A stretch of 64,000 nucleotides of DNA from assembly GCA_964407615.1 (NCBI GenBank), contig CAYOWH010000007.1:844-64843 (forward strand), in the 5' to 3' direction. Both the position numbers and the translations under genes were made by a program. The notes under the pieces were generated by a model. It had not been told where the DNA came from. It ran no database searches and worked only from the letters and a program-made list of their open reading frames with translations. This DNA is from an uncultured Bacteriovoracaceae bacterium (GTDB taxonomy: Bacteria > Bdellovibrionota > UBA2428). This document shows, piece after piece, positions 10,380 to 19,170 of the stretch. Position 1 is the first letter of the stretch. Each line of letters opens with the position of its first letter.

Positions 10380-11447
10380 TTAGCTGTTTAAGCTTTGAGT
10401 GTCGATCACAAAACGGTAACGCACATCTCCTTTGATCATTCGTTCGTAGGCTTCGTTGATTTTTTGAATCGGAATGACCTCAACGTCGGATGTAATATTT
10501 TTTTCTGCGCAATAATCAAGCATTTCTTGAGTTTCTTTGATCCCACCAATAAGCGAGCCCACCAGTCGGCGGCGTTTGAGGATAAGTGGAAATGAAAAAA
10601 GGGGTGTGGGTTCGTTAGGGGCTCCTACAAGAATCATGGTGCCATCCCTTTTAAGAAGTGAGAGATAGGCGTTGTAATCATGAGGGGCAGAAACGGTATC
10701 TAATATAAAATCAAATGAGTTTTGAAGCTGGCTAAAGGTGGAGGTTTCTTTTGTACATGCAAAGGCATGCGCGCCAAGTTTTTTAGCATCCTCTTGTTTG
10801 GACGGTGAGCTTGAGAGCATTGTGACTTGAGCACCAAAAGAAGAAGCAAACTTTACGGCCATATGACCAAGTCCGCCCAAGCCCACAACTGCAACTTTAT
10901 GACCTCGTCCAACTTTCCAAGTGCGAAGAGGTGAGTAAGTTGTGATCCCTGCGCAAAGAAGCGGAGCAACTCCAGAAAGAGTGAGCTTTTCAGAAATTTT
11001 CAGAGCATATTTTTCATCCACAACAATTTGAGTGGAGTAGCCACCAAAAGTTATTGTTTTTTTATCCTGTTCCAAAGAATTATAAGTGCCTGAGTTACCG
11101 TTTTCGCAGTATTGTTCAACGTTTTCTTTGCAAGAGTTACAAGTTCTACAGGAATCAACAAGGCAACCAACGCCTGCAAGATCACCGACTTTAAACTTTT
11201 TCACGGCAGATCCAATACGCGATATTTTTCCTACAATTTCATGGCCGGGGACCATTGGGTAGAGAGAGTTTCCCCATTCGTTGCGAACTTGATGAATGTC
11301 GGAGTGACAAACTCCACAGTATTTAATTTCAATTAAAATATCGTGGGGTCTTGGTTCTCTTCTTTCAAAAGAAAAAGGAGTAAGAGTGCTGGTGGCATTT
11401 TGTGCAGCAAAAGCTTTGGTCACAAGAGAAATTTGGTTTGACATCAC
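10380..11447 (-). CDS. Zn-dependent NAD(P) alcohol dehydrogenase, cinnamyl-ADH/YahK-like
   Basis: CGVCHSD, GHEIVG, structural Zn Cys cluster CRTCNSC..C, GLGGLG, DVRYRFVID. Confidence 0.92.
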   Translation of the reverse strand: MMSNQISLVTKAFAAQNATSTLTPFSFERREPRPHDILIEIKYCGVCHSDIHQVRNEWGNSLYPMVPGHEIVGKISRIGSAVKKFKVGDLAGVGCLVDSCRTCNSCKENVEQYCENGNSGTYNSLEQDKKTITFGGYSTQIVVDEKYALKISEKLTLSGVAPLLCAGITTYSPLRTWKVGRGHKVAVVGLGGLGHMAVKFASSFGAQVTMLSSSPSKQEDAKKLGAHAFACTKETSTFSQLQNSFDFILDTVSAPHDYNAYLSLLKRDGTMILVGAPNEPTPLFSFPLILKRRRLVGSLIGGIKETQEMLDYCAEKNITSDVEVIPIQKINEAYERMIKGDVRYRFVIDTQSLNS

Positions 11448-11515
11448 TCTTTGCTAAGCCGTCGGCTATAATGGATCAAGGTGGAGAAAAAAAACGCTGA
11501 TGGAGGAGCGACGCA

Positions 11516-11941
11516 TTGAATACAAAATATGATTTGGATGAAAATATGGCTTTATTAGAAAAAGAATTAAATTTTGTTGCTGTTCGTTCGCGCGGCCCCG
11601 GGGGGCAGAATGTAAATAAGGTTTCTTCAGCGGCACAGTGTTTTTGGGATTATCAAAATTCAAAAGCTATAAGTGATGATGAAAAGAGTTTAATTCGAGA
11701 TAAGTTGTCTGCTCATATAAATCTTCGCGGAGAAATTTTTTTGAGAAGTGATGAGTTTAGGGATCTCATACGAAATAAAAGAGCTTGTGTAGATAAGTTA
11801 AAAAAATATTTAGAGCGAGCTTTTTTTAAAGAAAGACCTCGCAAGCCCTCAAGGCCTACAAAGGCTTCAATGATCAAAAAAAAGGAAAAAAAGAAAAAAC
11901 GCGGAGAGTTGAAAAGTTCTCGAAAAAAAATTGTTTACTAG
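11516..11941 (+). CDS. arfB: Alternative ribosome-rescue peptidyl-tRNA hydrolase ArfB
   Basis: RSRGPGGQNVNK (GGQ motif) plus basic C-terminal tail; start codon uncertain. Confidence 0.9.
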   Translation: MNTKYDLDENMALLEKELNFVAVRSRGPGGQNVNKVSSAAQCFWDYQNSKAISDDEKSLIRDKLSAHINLRGEIFLRSDEFRDLIRNKRACVDKLKKYLERAFFKERPRKPSRPTKASMIKKKEKKKKRGELKSSRKKIVY

Positions 11942-12022
11942 GTTTTTTTGAGGTTTTTTCTTTGTGATTATGAATTTTGTGTTAATAACCTGAATTAACT
12001 TTTATTCATAAGATTTCAATTA

Positions 12023-12041
12023 CATAATGATTATTATGATT
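12023..12041. promoter_or_regulatory. Candidate Fur/PerR-family operator overlapping a -10-like TATGAT
   Basis: CATAATGATTATTATGATT matches 14/19 of GATAATGATAATCATTATC, with core ATAAT-G-ATTAT; the AT-rich background weakens this. Confidence 0.35.
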
Positions 12042-12049
12042 CTGAATAA

Positions 12050-12210
12050 AGCACCGGGGTGGAGGAGGAATTTCCCGGTGTTGTCTTGAAACGAGTTTGC
12101 GGGCCGAATATGTTGTGATGTCGATTCAAAGGCAAACCCGTAGAGCTGTGCTCAATTGTGGTACGTTGGATGCGCGCCGAGTTCCCCTCGGCGTGCGCGG
12201 CTGATTTTTG
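12050..12210. ncRNA. Candidate structured RNA or leader of unknown family
   Basis: GC-rich patch in AT-rich intergenic DNA with two stems (12052-58/12074-80 and 12172-81/12187-96); no family recognised. Confidence 0.3.
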
Positions 12211-12258
12211 GCACCTAAAATTTAAATCATCTAAATATTAATGTTAATTAATAATAAT

Positions 12259-15231
12259 ATGGAATTTTTTAGTTTTTTACTGACATTCATTCTAATTTTT
12301 ATTCTGTTTAGAAAAGTAAAAGACTTAAAAATTAACTTGTCCCGTCTTAATAGAGAAATTTCAAATCTTAAAAACGAAATTGTAAATTTTAAAAGTCAAT
12401 CAGGCTCACTGAATCTAGACAATTCTAAGAAAGAGCAAAATGAATTAGCTTCTAATATCCCAATCAAAAATCAGCATGGTGAGTTTGGTCCTAGAGAAGA
12501 GTATGGGTTAAAGAAAGAACAAGAAGTAGCACTAAAGAAAACAACGGTCGCTGTAAAAAAAGGAAGTTGGCTACACAAACCTCTTTTTTGGACTGCTCTT
12601 GAGAAAAACTTCTCTGAAAACTTAACAGGTGTATTTGGTACTTTTATATTAACTTTGGGTGTAATATTTTTTGCAATTTATGCATCTGTTAGGTTAGAGC
12701 CCTTTGGAAGGTTTATTGTTGTTTGTTCTTTTTCTGTCATGTTTTTACTTTTGTATTTATACCTTTTTAGAAAAGTTTTTTGGAAAAATATTGCGCTTTG
12801 GATCCGATGTGCTTCAGGTGTAACCTTTTTAGTTGCTTGCTTGGGTTCGTCCCAGTTCGAGGCTATGAAATGGATATTTGATCCATTTTGGGGAAACTCT
12901 CTTTTGTGTGTTGGTCTTGTTCTAAATCTTTTTTTAGGTTATTTTAGCACACAGTCAAGATTTGCAACCACTCATGTTGCTTTGAACATAATTGCTCTTT
13001 TTTTCACGCCTACTTCAAGCATCACTTTAGGGTTGGTTTCTCTTGTCGCTTCTCTTGGGATTTTGATGTCATTTAAAGGTGTTAACTGGGAAAGGCATAA
13101 TATTGTTGTAAGTGTTCTTTTTTGTGTCGTTCATTTGCTTTTAGCAATGAAAATGAATCAGTGGCTTCAATCAGATTTTTTTAATCCTCTTTTATCGGTT
13201 CTTTTTTGTTTAGGGGTTGGATTGTCAGCAATTATAGTTCATTACTGGAAGGCGTTTAAGTCAGATGCTTTTGGAGTTTATTCATCTCTCTCGCATATCG
13301 TTGCTTGGGTTACGCTGGGGTTGAATCTTTCTTTTTACTCAAAATACTTTCATTTGAGTTTTGTAACTTTATTGGTTGCGTCAGTTATAGTGTTTTACAT
13401 GTCATATAAAGCGAGAAAGTTATCTGTTAACTGGCTTTATGTGAGTGATAGGTTGACGTCTCTTTTTCTTTTACTTCTTTCCGCAGCTTCGCTCACAAAA
13501 TTAGGATATGCAGCTTTTGACGCTTTCTTTTGGTGCTCTATTGTTTCAACAATATTTTTCGCGGTTGTATCCGAGGAGTATGAAAAACACATTTTTAAAA
13601 TTACCAATATAGTTTTATTGATTACACACTATGTTCTGTTTTTTGTTTTTGTTGGCCTATATGTTACTGAAGATAAATCCTTGGCTTTTTCATATTGCCT
13701 CAAGATCTTTTTGAGCTTCGTTATACTTTCCATTACATTGTATAGAGTTCAAAGAAAAACACTAGATAATCAAAAAGGGTTTTCAATAAGCTTTGGCGAG
13801 TCTCGTTTTTTTACAACTTTTATGGATATTTCTTTAGCTTGTCATGTGCTGGTATTATTTTTCTTTGGATTAAGAGATTCTAGTAAAGAATGGTTGCTTT
13901 GTTTTCCGTTAACAGCTTCTACCATACTTACTTTTCTAAGAAAAAAAATAAACTCACCCTTGCTCGATATTTCTTTAATATCAGTGATCATTTTGTCATT
14001 TTGTTTTTCGGCATTAGTAGCGCTCGGTGATTTTAATTCTCCAACTTCTGATGCCTTTATTTCGATATGTTTTATTTTGATTGCTATATCTGCTTTTTTA
14101 TTTGCTTGGTCAGAAAGGTTAAAGCAATCAGTAACGTGGCCAGGAATAGGCTTGTTTTGGGCAAATCTTATGCTCTCTGCTTTTGTTTTTACTTCAAACA
14201 TCTCTTCTCTTTTTCCAAGTGTTTTATGGTTAGTGATCTCTTTGATTTTTGCTGAATTAAAAGATGCATCTTTCTTTAATCCGCAAACACCTCTAAGGCA
14301 CAATCAATCAAATGCTTATGTAGCTTTTTTTGGTTTATTGAGTATTGGGTTTTCCCTTGTTCGATTTTTTCTCGTTGATATTTCTAATGAAAGTGTGATT
14401 TTAGAAACTTTCAGGGGAAGGATACTCCTTGAGTTTTTAAGTGTTGGAGTTTTTGTTTATTGGTTAAAGTTTAGCGAGAATATACAATTTAAATTTATTA
14501 AATCTTTTGTGAATTATCTATTAGAAGTTGCTCTTGTCTCGATTACGGCATTTTTATTTTTAGAAATAGATCAGGTGTACAACCCTCTTATTTGGGCTTC
14601 GTTAAGTCTTTTTTGCTTAATTGTTGGCATGCTTTATCAAGACTTTAATCGCCTTCGGGTTTATGGTTACTTATATTTCTTTTTAGCCCTTTTTAATATT
14701 TCGTTTATATCTTCAACTGTCACAACGCCTTCCAGTTTGTTGACGGATCAATCATGGTTTTTGGCACTTTTAGCTTTTGTATTATGCTTAGTATTTGTTC
14801 TTACTTTGTTCAGGTTGCAAAAAAAATCACCTTCTCATGACATTTCTTTTCCTTTTCTTTTATCAAAGTTCAATTCGTTACATCTTTTTGCAGTACGTTA
14901 TCAGTTAAGATTTTTTTTATATCCTTTATTTGCTTCGGGAGCGTTTTTTTTATTTTGGAGTTTTGATAGATCCATTCTTTCTCTTTTATGGATAGCAGAG
15001 TTTTTTTTGCTTTTTTTAATAAGCATTATAATGAGGGAGCCTCAGTTCAGAATAGTTTCCATGATGGGCGTTGTTGTTGTTTTTTTACGCATACTTTTCT
15101 ACGATCTTGTGGGAAAAGATTTCTTTTTAAAGTCAATTGTTTTTATCTTGGTTGGAGTTGTTCTAATTGCAATGAATACCATTTATAATAAATATAAAGA
15201 TCGTTATGAATCAAAAAAAATCGATAGCTAG
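12259..15231 (+). CDS. Large polytopic membrane protein, DUF2339-like architecture
   Basis: N-terminal TM, then coiled/low-complexity linker, LEKNFSENLTGVFG segment and more than 20 hydrophobic segments; family call tentative. Confidence 0.7.
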   Translation: MEFFSFLLTFILIFILFRKVKDLKINLSRLNREISNLKNEIVNFKSQSGSLNLDNSKKEQNELASNIPIKNQHGEFGPREEYGLKKEQEVALKKTTVAVKKGSWLHKPLFWTALEKNFSENLTGVFGTFILTLGVIFFAIYASVRLEPFGRFIVVCSFSVMFLLLYLYLFRKVFWKNIALWIRCASGVTFLVACLGSSQFEAMKWIFDPFWGNSLLCVGLVLNLFLGYFSTQSRFATTHVALNIIALFFTPTSSITLGLVSLVASLGILMSFKGVNWERHNIVVSVLFCVVHLLLAMKMNQWLQSDFFNPLLSVLFCLGVGLSAIIVHYWKAFKSDAFGVYSSLSHIVAWVTLGLNLSFYSKYFHLSFVTLLVASVIVFYMSYKARKLSVNWLYVSDRLTSLFLLLLSAASLTKLGYAAFDAFFWCSIVSTIFFAVVSEEYEKHIFKITNIVLLITHYVLFFVFVGLYVTEDKSLAFSYCLKIFLSFVILSITLYRVQRKTLDNQKGFSISFGESRFFTTFMDISLACHVLVLFFFGLRDSSKEWLLCFPLTASTILTFLRKKINSPLLDISLISVIILSFCFSALVALGDFNSPTSDAFISICFILIAISAFLFAWSERLKQSVTWPGIGLFWANLMLSAFVFTSNISSLFPSVLWLVISLIFAELKDASFFNPQTPLRHNQSNAYVAFFGLLSIGFSLVRFFLVDISNESVILETFRGRILLEFLSVGVFVYWLKFSENIQFKFIKSFVNYLLEVALVSITAFLFLEIDQVYNPLIWASLSLFCLIVGMLYQDFNRLRVYGYLYFFLALFNISFISSTVTTPSSLLTDQSWFLALLAFVLCLVFVLTLFRLQKKSPSHDISFPFLLSKFNSLHLFAVRYQLRFFLYPLFASGAFFLFWSFDRSILSLLWIAEFFLLFLISIIMREPQFRIVSMMGVVVVFLRILFYDLVGKDFFLKSIVFILVGVVLIAMNTIYNKYKDRYESKKIDS

Positions 15232-16141
15232 ACGTTTCTTCTTTTGGATTTTTCTTTGTTTTTTCTGTTTGGTAATGGTTGGTATTTTTTACAAATCTAG
15301 TTCTAGTTCAAGCGGTGACATGTCTTTTTCTCCGCTTTTTCAGCTTTTGGGAAAAGTGCCTAAGTCTTTGAGTCGTTCTGTTACCAGAGTTCTACCAATT
15401 GATAGTGTTGATGAAGGTAAATTGGGCGAAGTTATTTTTAAAGATTACGAGGCTAATGCTAGTCAAGACGACAAGAAAACTTTGGATTATCTGTCTTCTC
15501 TTGTTCAGACTTTAGAAATCTACAAAAAAAAACAGTTTTCATACAAAATTCAAATTTTAGCTTCTCCCTTTCCTAATGCAATGGCACTCCCAGGAGGTGT
15601 TATTTTGGTGACTTCTGGCCTCCTTGATATTTTGGGCTCAGAGAGTGAATTGCTTGCGGTTTTAGCTCATGAAATGGGTCATGTTGAGCTGTCACATTGT
15701 TTTGATAGTGTAAAATACGAAATATTATCAAAAAAAATTTTTCATACCGATCTTGGTAAATTAGCGGATTTTTCGAGAGGATTTCTCGTTCGTCATTCAT
15801 TTTCTAAAACTCAAGAAGATGAAGCAGATTCTTATGGTTATAAACTTCTTGTGAATAGCCAATACGATCCCACATCAGTTTCGAGAGCTTTGGGACGTTT
15901 ATCTTTCGGTATCGATCATATTAAAAGTGATGCTGTTTTGAACCCTTTAAGAGATTATTTTACATCTCATCCCCCAATTGAAAGTAGAATCAATAAGTTT
16001 TCTTCGGAGGCTAAAATATGGTGGAACTTAAATAAGGGAAAGAAACGATATATAGGAAAAAAGAATTTTTTGGAGAGAGTACCTTACTCAAAAAAAGATT
16101 TTGGAGATTCAGAAAAAGTTTCTTCATTTATTGAAAACTAA
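15206..16141 (+). CDS. M48 family Zn metallopeptidase, membrane-anchored
   Basis: NAMALPGG, ELLAVLAHEMGH (HExxH), QEDEAD, THPP motifs; N-terminal TM. Confidence 0.87.
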   Translation: MNQKKSIARRFFFWIFLCFFCLVMVGIFYKSSSSSSGDMSFSPLFQLLGKVPKSLSRSVTRVLPIDSVDEGKLGEVIFKDYEANASQDDKKTLDYLSSLVQTLEIYKKKQFSYKIQILASPFPNAMALPGGVILVTSGLLDILGSESELLAVLAHEMGHVELSHCFDSVKYEILSKKIFHTDLGKLADFSRGFLVRHSFSKTQEDEADSYGYKLLVNSQYDPTSVSRALGRLSFGIDHIKSDAVLNPLRDYFTSHPPIESRINKFSSEAKIWWNLNKGKKRYIGKKNFLERVPYSKKDFGDSEKVSSFIEN

Positions 16142-17541
16142 TCTAACGTATTTTTCTGTGATAATTCTCGAAACCAATAAGCACTTTTTTTAAGATATCT
16201 TTTTTGTGTTTTACGATCGACAAATAAAAAACCGTATCTTTTCTTGTATCCATTAATCCAAGAAAAATTATCCATCAGCGACCACATGTAATAACCTTTT
16301 AAATTAACACCCTTTTGAAGTGTTTTGTGGGCAGCGATGAGATGTTCTCGAACAAAATCAATTCGCTCTTGGTCGTCGACACTTTGGTGCTCGTTCAGGT
16401 TTTCGATTAACCCAATTCCATTTTCAGTGATGTAGGTGGGGATTCCGGGTCGATATTGATGAACTCTCTCAAGCAATTCAGTGAGACCTTCGGGGTGGAT
16501 CTCCCAACCCCAATTTGTGAATTTACCTTGAGGGTTTTTGACGAAACGAAAAATGTTTTTGATGGCGAACTTGCAGTCTTCTTCTTTTTTTCCACTCGTA
16601 TTCAAGTGATAGATGGATTCAGGTGCGTCTGAGCTTGCGTATTGAGGGTAGTAGTAATTCACACCTATAAAATCGACTAAGTTTTTTTGGATGAGTTGAA
16701 GCTCTTCCGTCGTGTGTTTAGGCAAGAGCTCGCAGCTTTTGTAAAGCTCCCAAATATCTTTGGGAATATTTCCGATAAGGACGGGCTCAGTGAACCATCG
16801 ATTTAATATTCCATCCGCAAGAAGAGCGGCTTTTTGATCGGCAATATTTTTGCTAACTGAATAAATGGGAGACATATTCAGAACAATTCCAATTTCCCCA
16901 ACTTTTTTTTGAGAGCGGAAAGCTTCTATGGCTTTTGCGTGAGCGACTAAGATATTGTGTGATACTTGAAGAGCACTTCTGGAGTCTTTTTTGCAGGGAG
17001 GATGAAGCCCGGTCACGTAACCTTGAAGCGTGGACCATCCGGGTTCGTTAAATGTAACCCATTTTCGCACCAGATCGCCAAAGCTCTCAAAACATTTTGA
17101 GGCGTAGTCGACAAAGTGTTGAATGACGTCTTTGTTCTCCCATCCGCCTATTTCTGCCAAGCTTTGTGGTAGATCCCAGTGGTAGAGTGTGACGTTAGGC
17201 TCAATGCCGTTGCTAAGGAGTTCTTCGAAAAGAGAGCGATAAAACTTGATCCCCTCTTGGTTTATTTTTCCAAAGCCCTCTGGAAAAATTCGTGTCCATG
17301 CAATAGATAATCTGTAGCCATTCAGGCCACATTCTTTCATGAGTTGAACGTCTTCTTTGTAGCGATGGTAATGATCGCAGGCGGTCTCGGGAGTGGCTGC
17401 TTCGAAAATTTTATCGGGATTTTTTTCGCAAAAAACATCCCATTGCGAAAGGCCTTTGCCGCCCTCTCGAGCGGCACCTTCAATTTGGATCGCAGCCGTA
17501 GCTGCGCCCCAAATAAAATTTTTAGGAAAAATATAATTCAA
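16138..17541 (-). CDS. GH1 glycoside hydrolase, 6-phospho-beta-glycosidase (LacG-like) type
   Basis: TFNEP (acid/base), NYY, ITENG (nucleophile); WSLMDNFSWINGYKKRYG phosphate-binding loop; TTG start. Confidence 0.92.
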   Translation of the reverse strand: MNYIFPKNFIWGAATAAIQIEGAAREGGKGLSQWDVFCEKNPDKIFEAATPETACDHYHRYKEDVQLMKECGLNGYRLSIAWTRIFPEGFGKINQEGIKFYRSLFEELLSNGIEPNVTLYHWDLPQSLAEIGGWENKDVIQHFVDYASKCFESFGDLVRKWVTFNEPGWSTLQGYVTGLHPPCKKDSRSALQVSHNILVAHAKAIEAFRSQKKVGEIGIVLNMSPIYSVSKNIADQKAALLADGILNRWFTEPVLIGNIPKDIWELYKSCELLPKHTTEELQLIQKNLVDFIGVNYYYPQYASSDAPESIYHLNTSGKKEEDCKFAIKNIFRFVKNPQGKFTNWGWEIHPEGLTELLERVHQYRPGIPTYITENGIGLIENLNEHQSVDDQERIDFVREHLIAAHKTLQKGVNLKGYYMWSLMDNFSWINGYKKRYGFLFVDRKTQKRYLKKSAYWFRELSQKNTLD

Positions 17542-17555
17542 TCAATAAGAGTCTA

Positions 17556-19088
17556 CTAAACAGTTGCCAAATAAGAACTCATCTCAGAGCGAAGATTGTC
17601 TGATTTTGTTCCAAACACAGCTTGTACGCCATTACCCGCCACGATAATTCCCGCAGCTCCAAGAGACTTGATCGCGCCTTGGTCAACTTTTGAGATTTCG
17701 TTCACTTCTACTCTTAATCGAGTGATACATGCATCAAGTGTCTTAATATTTTGAGAACCACCGAATGCACTTACAAGTTGTACGGCAATAGGAGATCCTG
17801 CAAGAGGCGCAGAGATTTTGCTGCTTGCGATGGTTTCTGTATCAGGCTCACGTCCAGGCGTGGGTAGATTCAATGCTTTAATGGCAACTCTAAAAGTGAA
17901 GTAATAGATGAAAGCATAAACGGGGCCAAGGATGAGAACCCACATTTTTCCAGATCCAAGACCACTCACGTAGTGGTGAAGAACGTAGTCGATTGCTCCA
18001 TGTGAAAAGGCATAGCCTAATTTTGCGCCCACAAGATTCATCACGATGAAGCTTGTTCCCGCTAAAACAGCGTGAAGAACGTAAAGAAGAGGCGCTACAA
18101 AAAGGAACGCAAATTCAATAGGTTCGGTGATACCTGTGAGGAAAGACGTGAAGGCTGCTGAGAGCATGATGCTTCCGATCATGGCTTTCTTCTCTGGCTT
18201 AGCTGTGTGCCAGATAGCAATTGCCGCAGCTGGGAGGCCGAACATCTTGAAGAGATATCCGCCCGCCAAAATTCCTGCAGTTGTGTCGCCTGCAAAAAAG
18301 CGAGGAATTTCTCCCGTAACTAATTTGCACATTTCAGGGTTGGATTGCATGGCTTGAAGGCTACAATCAACGCCAGGCTTGAGAGCTTGGAAGTATTGTC
18401 CGACTTCAAAAAAGAAAGGAACGTTCCAGATATGATGTAAACCAAAGGGAATCAATGCTCGCTCAACAAGACCGTAAATTCCAGAGGCAAGGATGGGACT
18501 TTCTTTAGATGCCCAGTGCGAAAACGTGTTGATCGCGTTACCAAAGGGAGGCCACACAAAACTCAACGCAACACCTGCAACGATACAAGCAAAAGCTGTG
18601 ACGATGGGAACGAAGCGTTTTCCTTCAAAAAATCCTAAGTAAGCAGGAAGTTTGATTTTGTAGAATCTGTTGAACATATAAGCTGCAATTGCACCTGCGA
18701 TGATACCGCCCACAACACCTGTGTTGATGGCTTCAATGCCGAGAACTTTTGAGGGAGTGACTCCTAGGTATTTTGCCATTGTACCTGTGGTTCCTTGAAG
18801 AACGACAAAGCCTACAACAGCAGCAAGACCTGCAACGCCTTCGTTTTGCGCAAAGCCGAGAGCGACTCCGATTGCAAAAAGAAGGGCAAGGCTTGCGAAA
18901 ATAGGATCGCCGGCGTTGTGGAGAATTTCAAAAAAGAGTTTAGCAGTGGAACCGAGTTCGATGCCGCCTTTGCCAGCACTTGCTAAAAAGCCACCGCCCA
19001 CTCCGAGTAAAATTCCTGCAACAGGAAGAACTGAAACGGGAAGCATGAGAGCTTTTCCCATTTTTTGTAAGGTCGAAAATATTTTCAT
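17556..19088 (-). CDS. ptsG: PTS glucose-family permease EIICB
   Basis: [29 protein letters not shown] linker, DACITRLR phospho-Cys; SD AAGGAG; substrate not proven. Confidence 0.9.
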   Translation of the reverse strand: MKIFSTLQKMGKALMLPVSVLPVAGILLGVGGGFLASAGKGGIELGSTAKLFFEILHNAGDPIFASLALLFAIGVALGFAQNEGVAGLAAVVGFVVLQGTTGTMAKYLGVTPSKVLGIEAINTGVVGGIIAGAIAAYMFNRFYKIKLPAYLGFFEGKRFVPIVTAFACIVAGVALSFVWPPFGNAINTFSHWASKESPILASGIYGLVERALIPFGLHHIWNVPFFFEVGQYFQALKPGVDCSLQAMQSNPEMCKLVTGEIPRFFAGDTTAGILAGGYLFKMFGLPAAAIAIWHTAKPEKKAMIGSIMLSAAFTSFLTGITEPIEFAFLFVAPLLYVLHAVLAGTSFIVMNLVGAKLGYAFSHGAIDYVLHHYVSGLGSGKMWVLILGPVYAFIYYFTFRVAIKALNLPTPGREPDTETIASSKISAPLAGSPIAVQLVSAFGGSQNIKTLDACITRLRVEVNEISKVDQGAIKSLGAAGIIVAGNGVQAVFGTKSDNLRSEMSSYLATV

Positions 19089-19170
19089 AAATGAACGAGA
19101 CTCCTTTTACTTCAATTAAGACGCACCAAGCTACCAGTTCTTTTTTGATTTTTCATCAAAAAGGAGGGAG

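Noticed and set aside
12058-12065. GGTGGAGG identical to 8 nt of the tmRNA 3' end, as a distal att of a 30-kb island
   Set aside because: Only 8 bp, and the intervening DNA is largely housekeeping genes.
12126-12170. AAAGGCAAACCCG resembling the start of a c-di-GMP-I riboswitch
   Set aside because: No GAAA-capped P2 stem and no downstream GACGCAAA or P3 elements.
16141-16147. ATCTAAC matching the integron attC inverse core
   Set aside because: Lies inside the GH1 coding end; no paired core site and no integron integrase.
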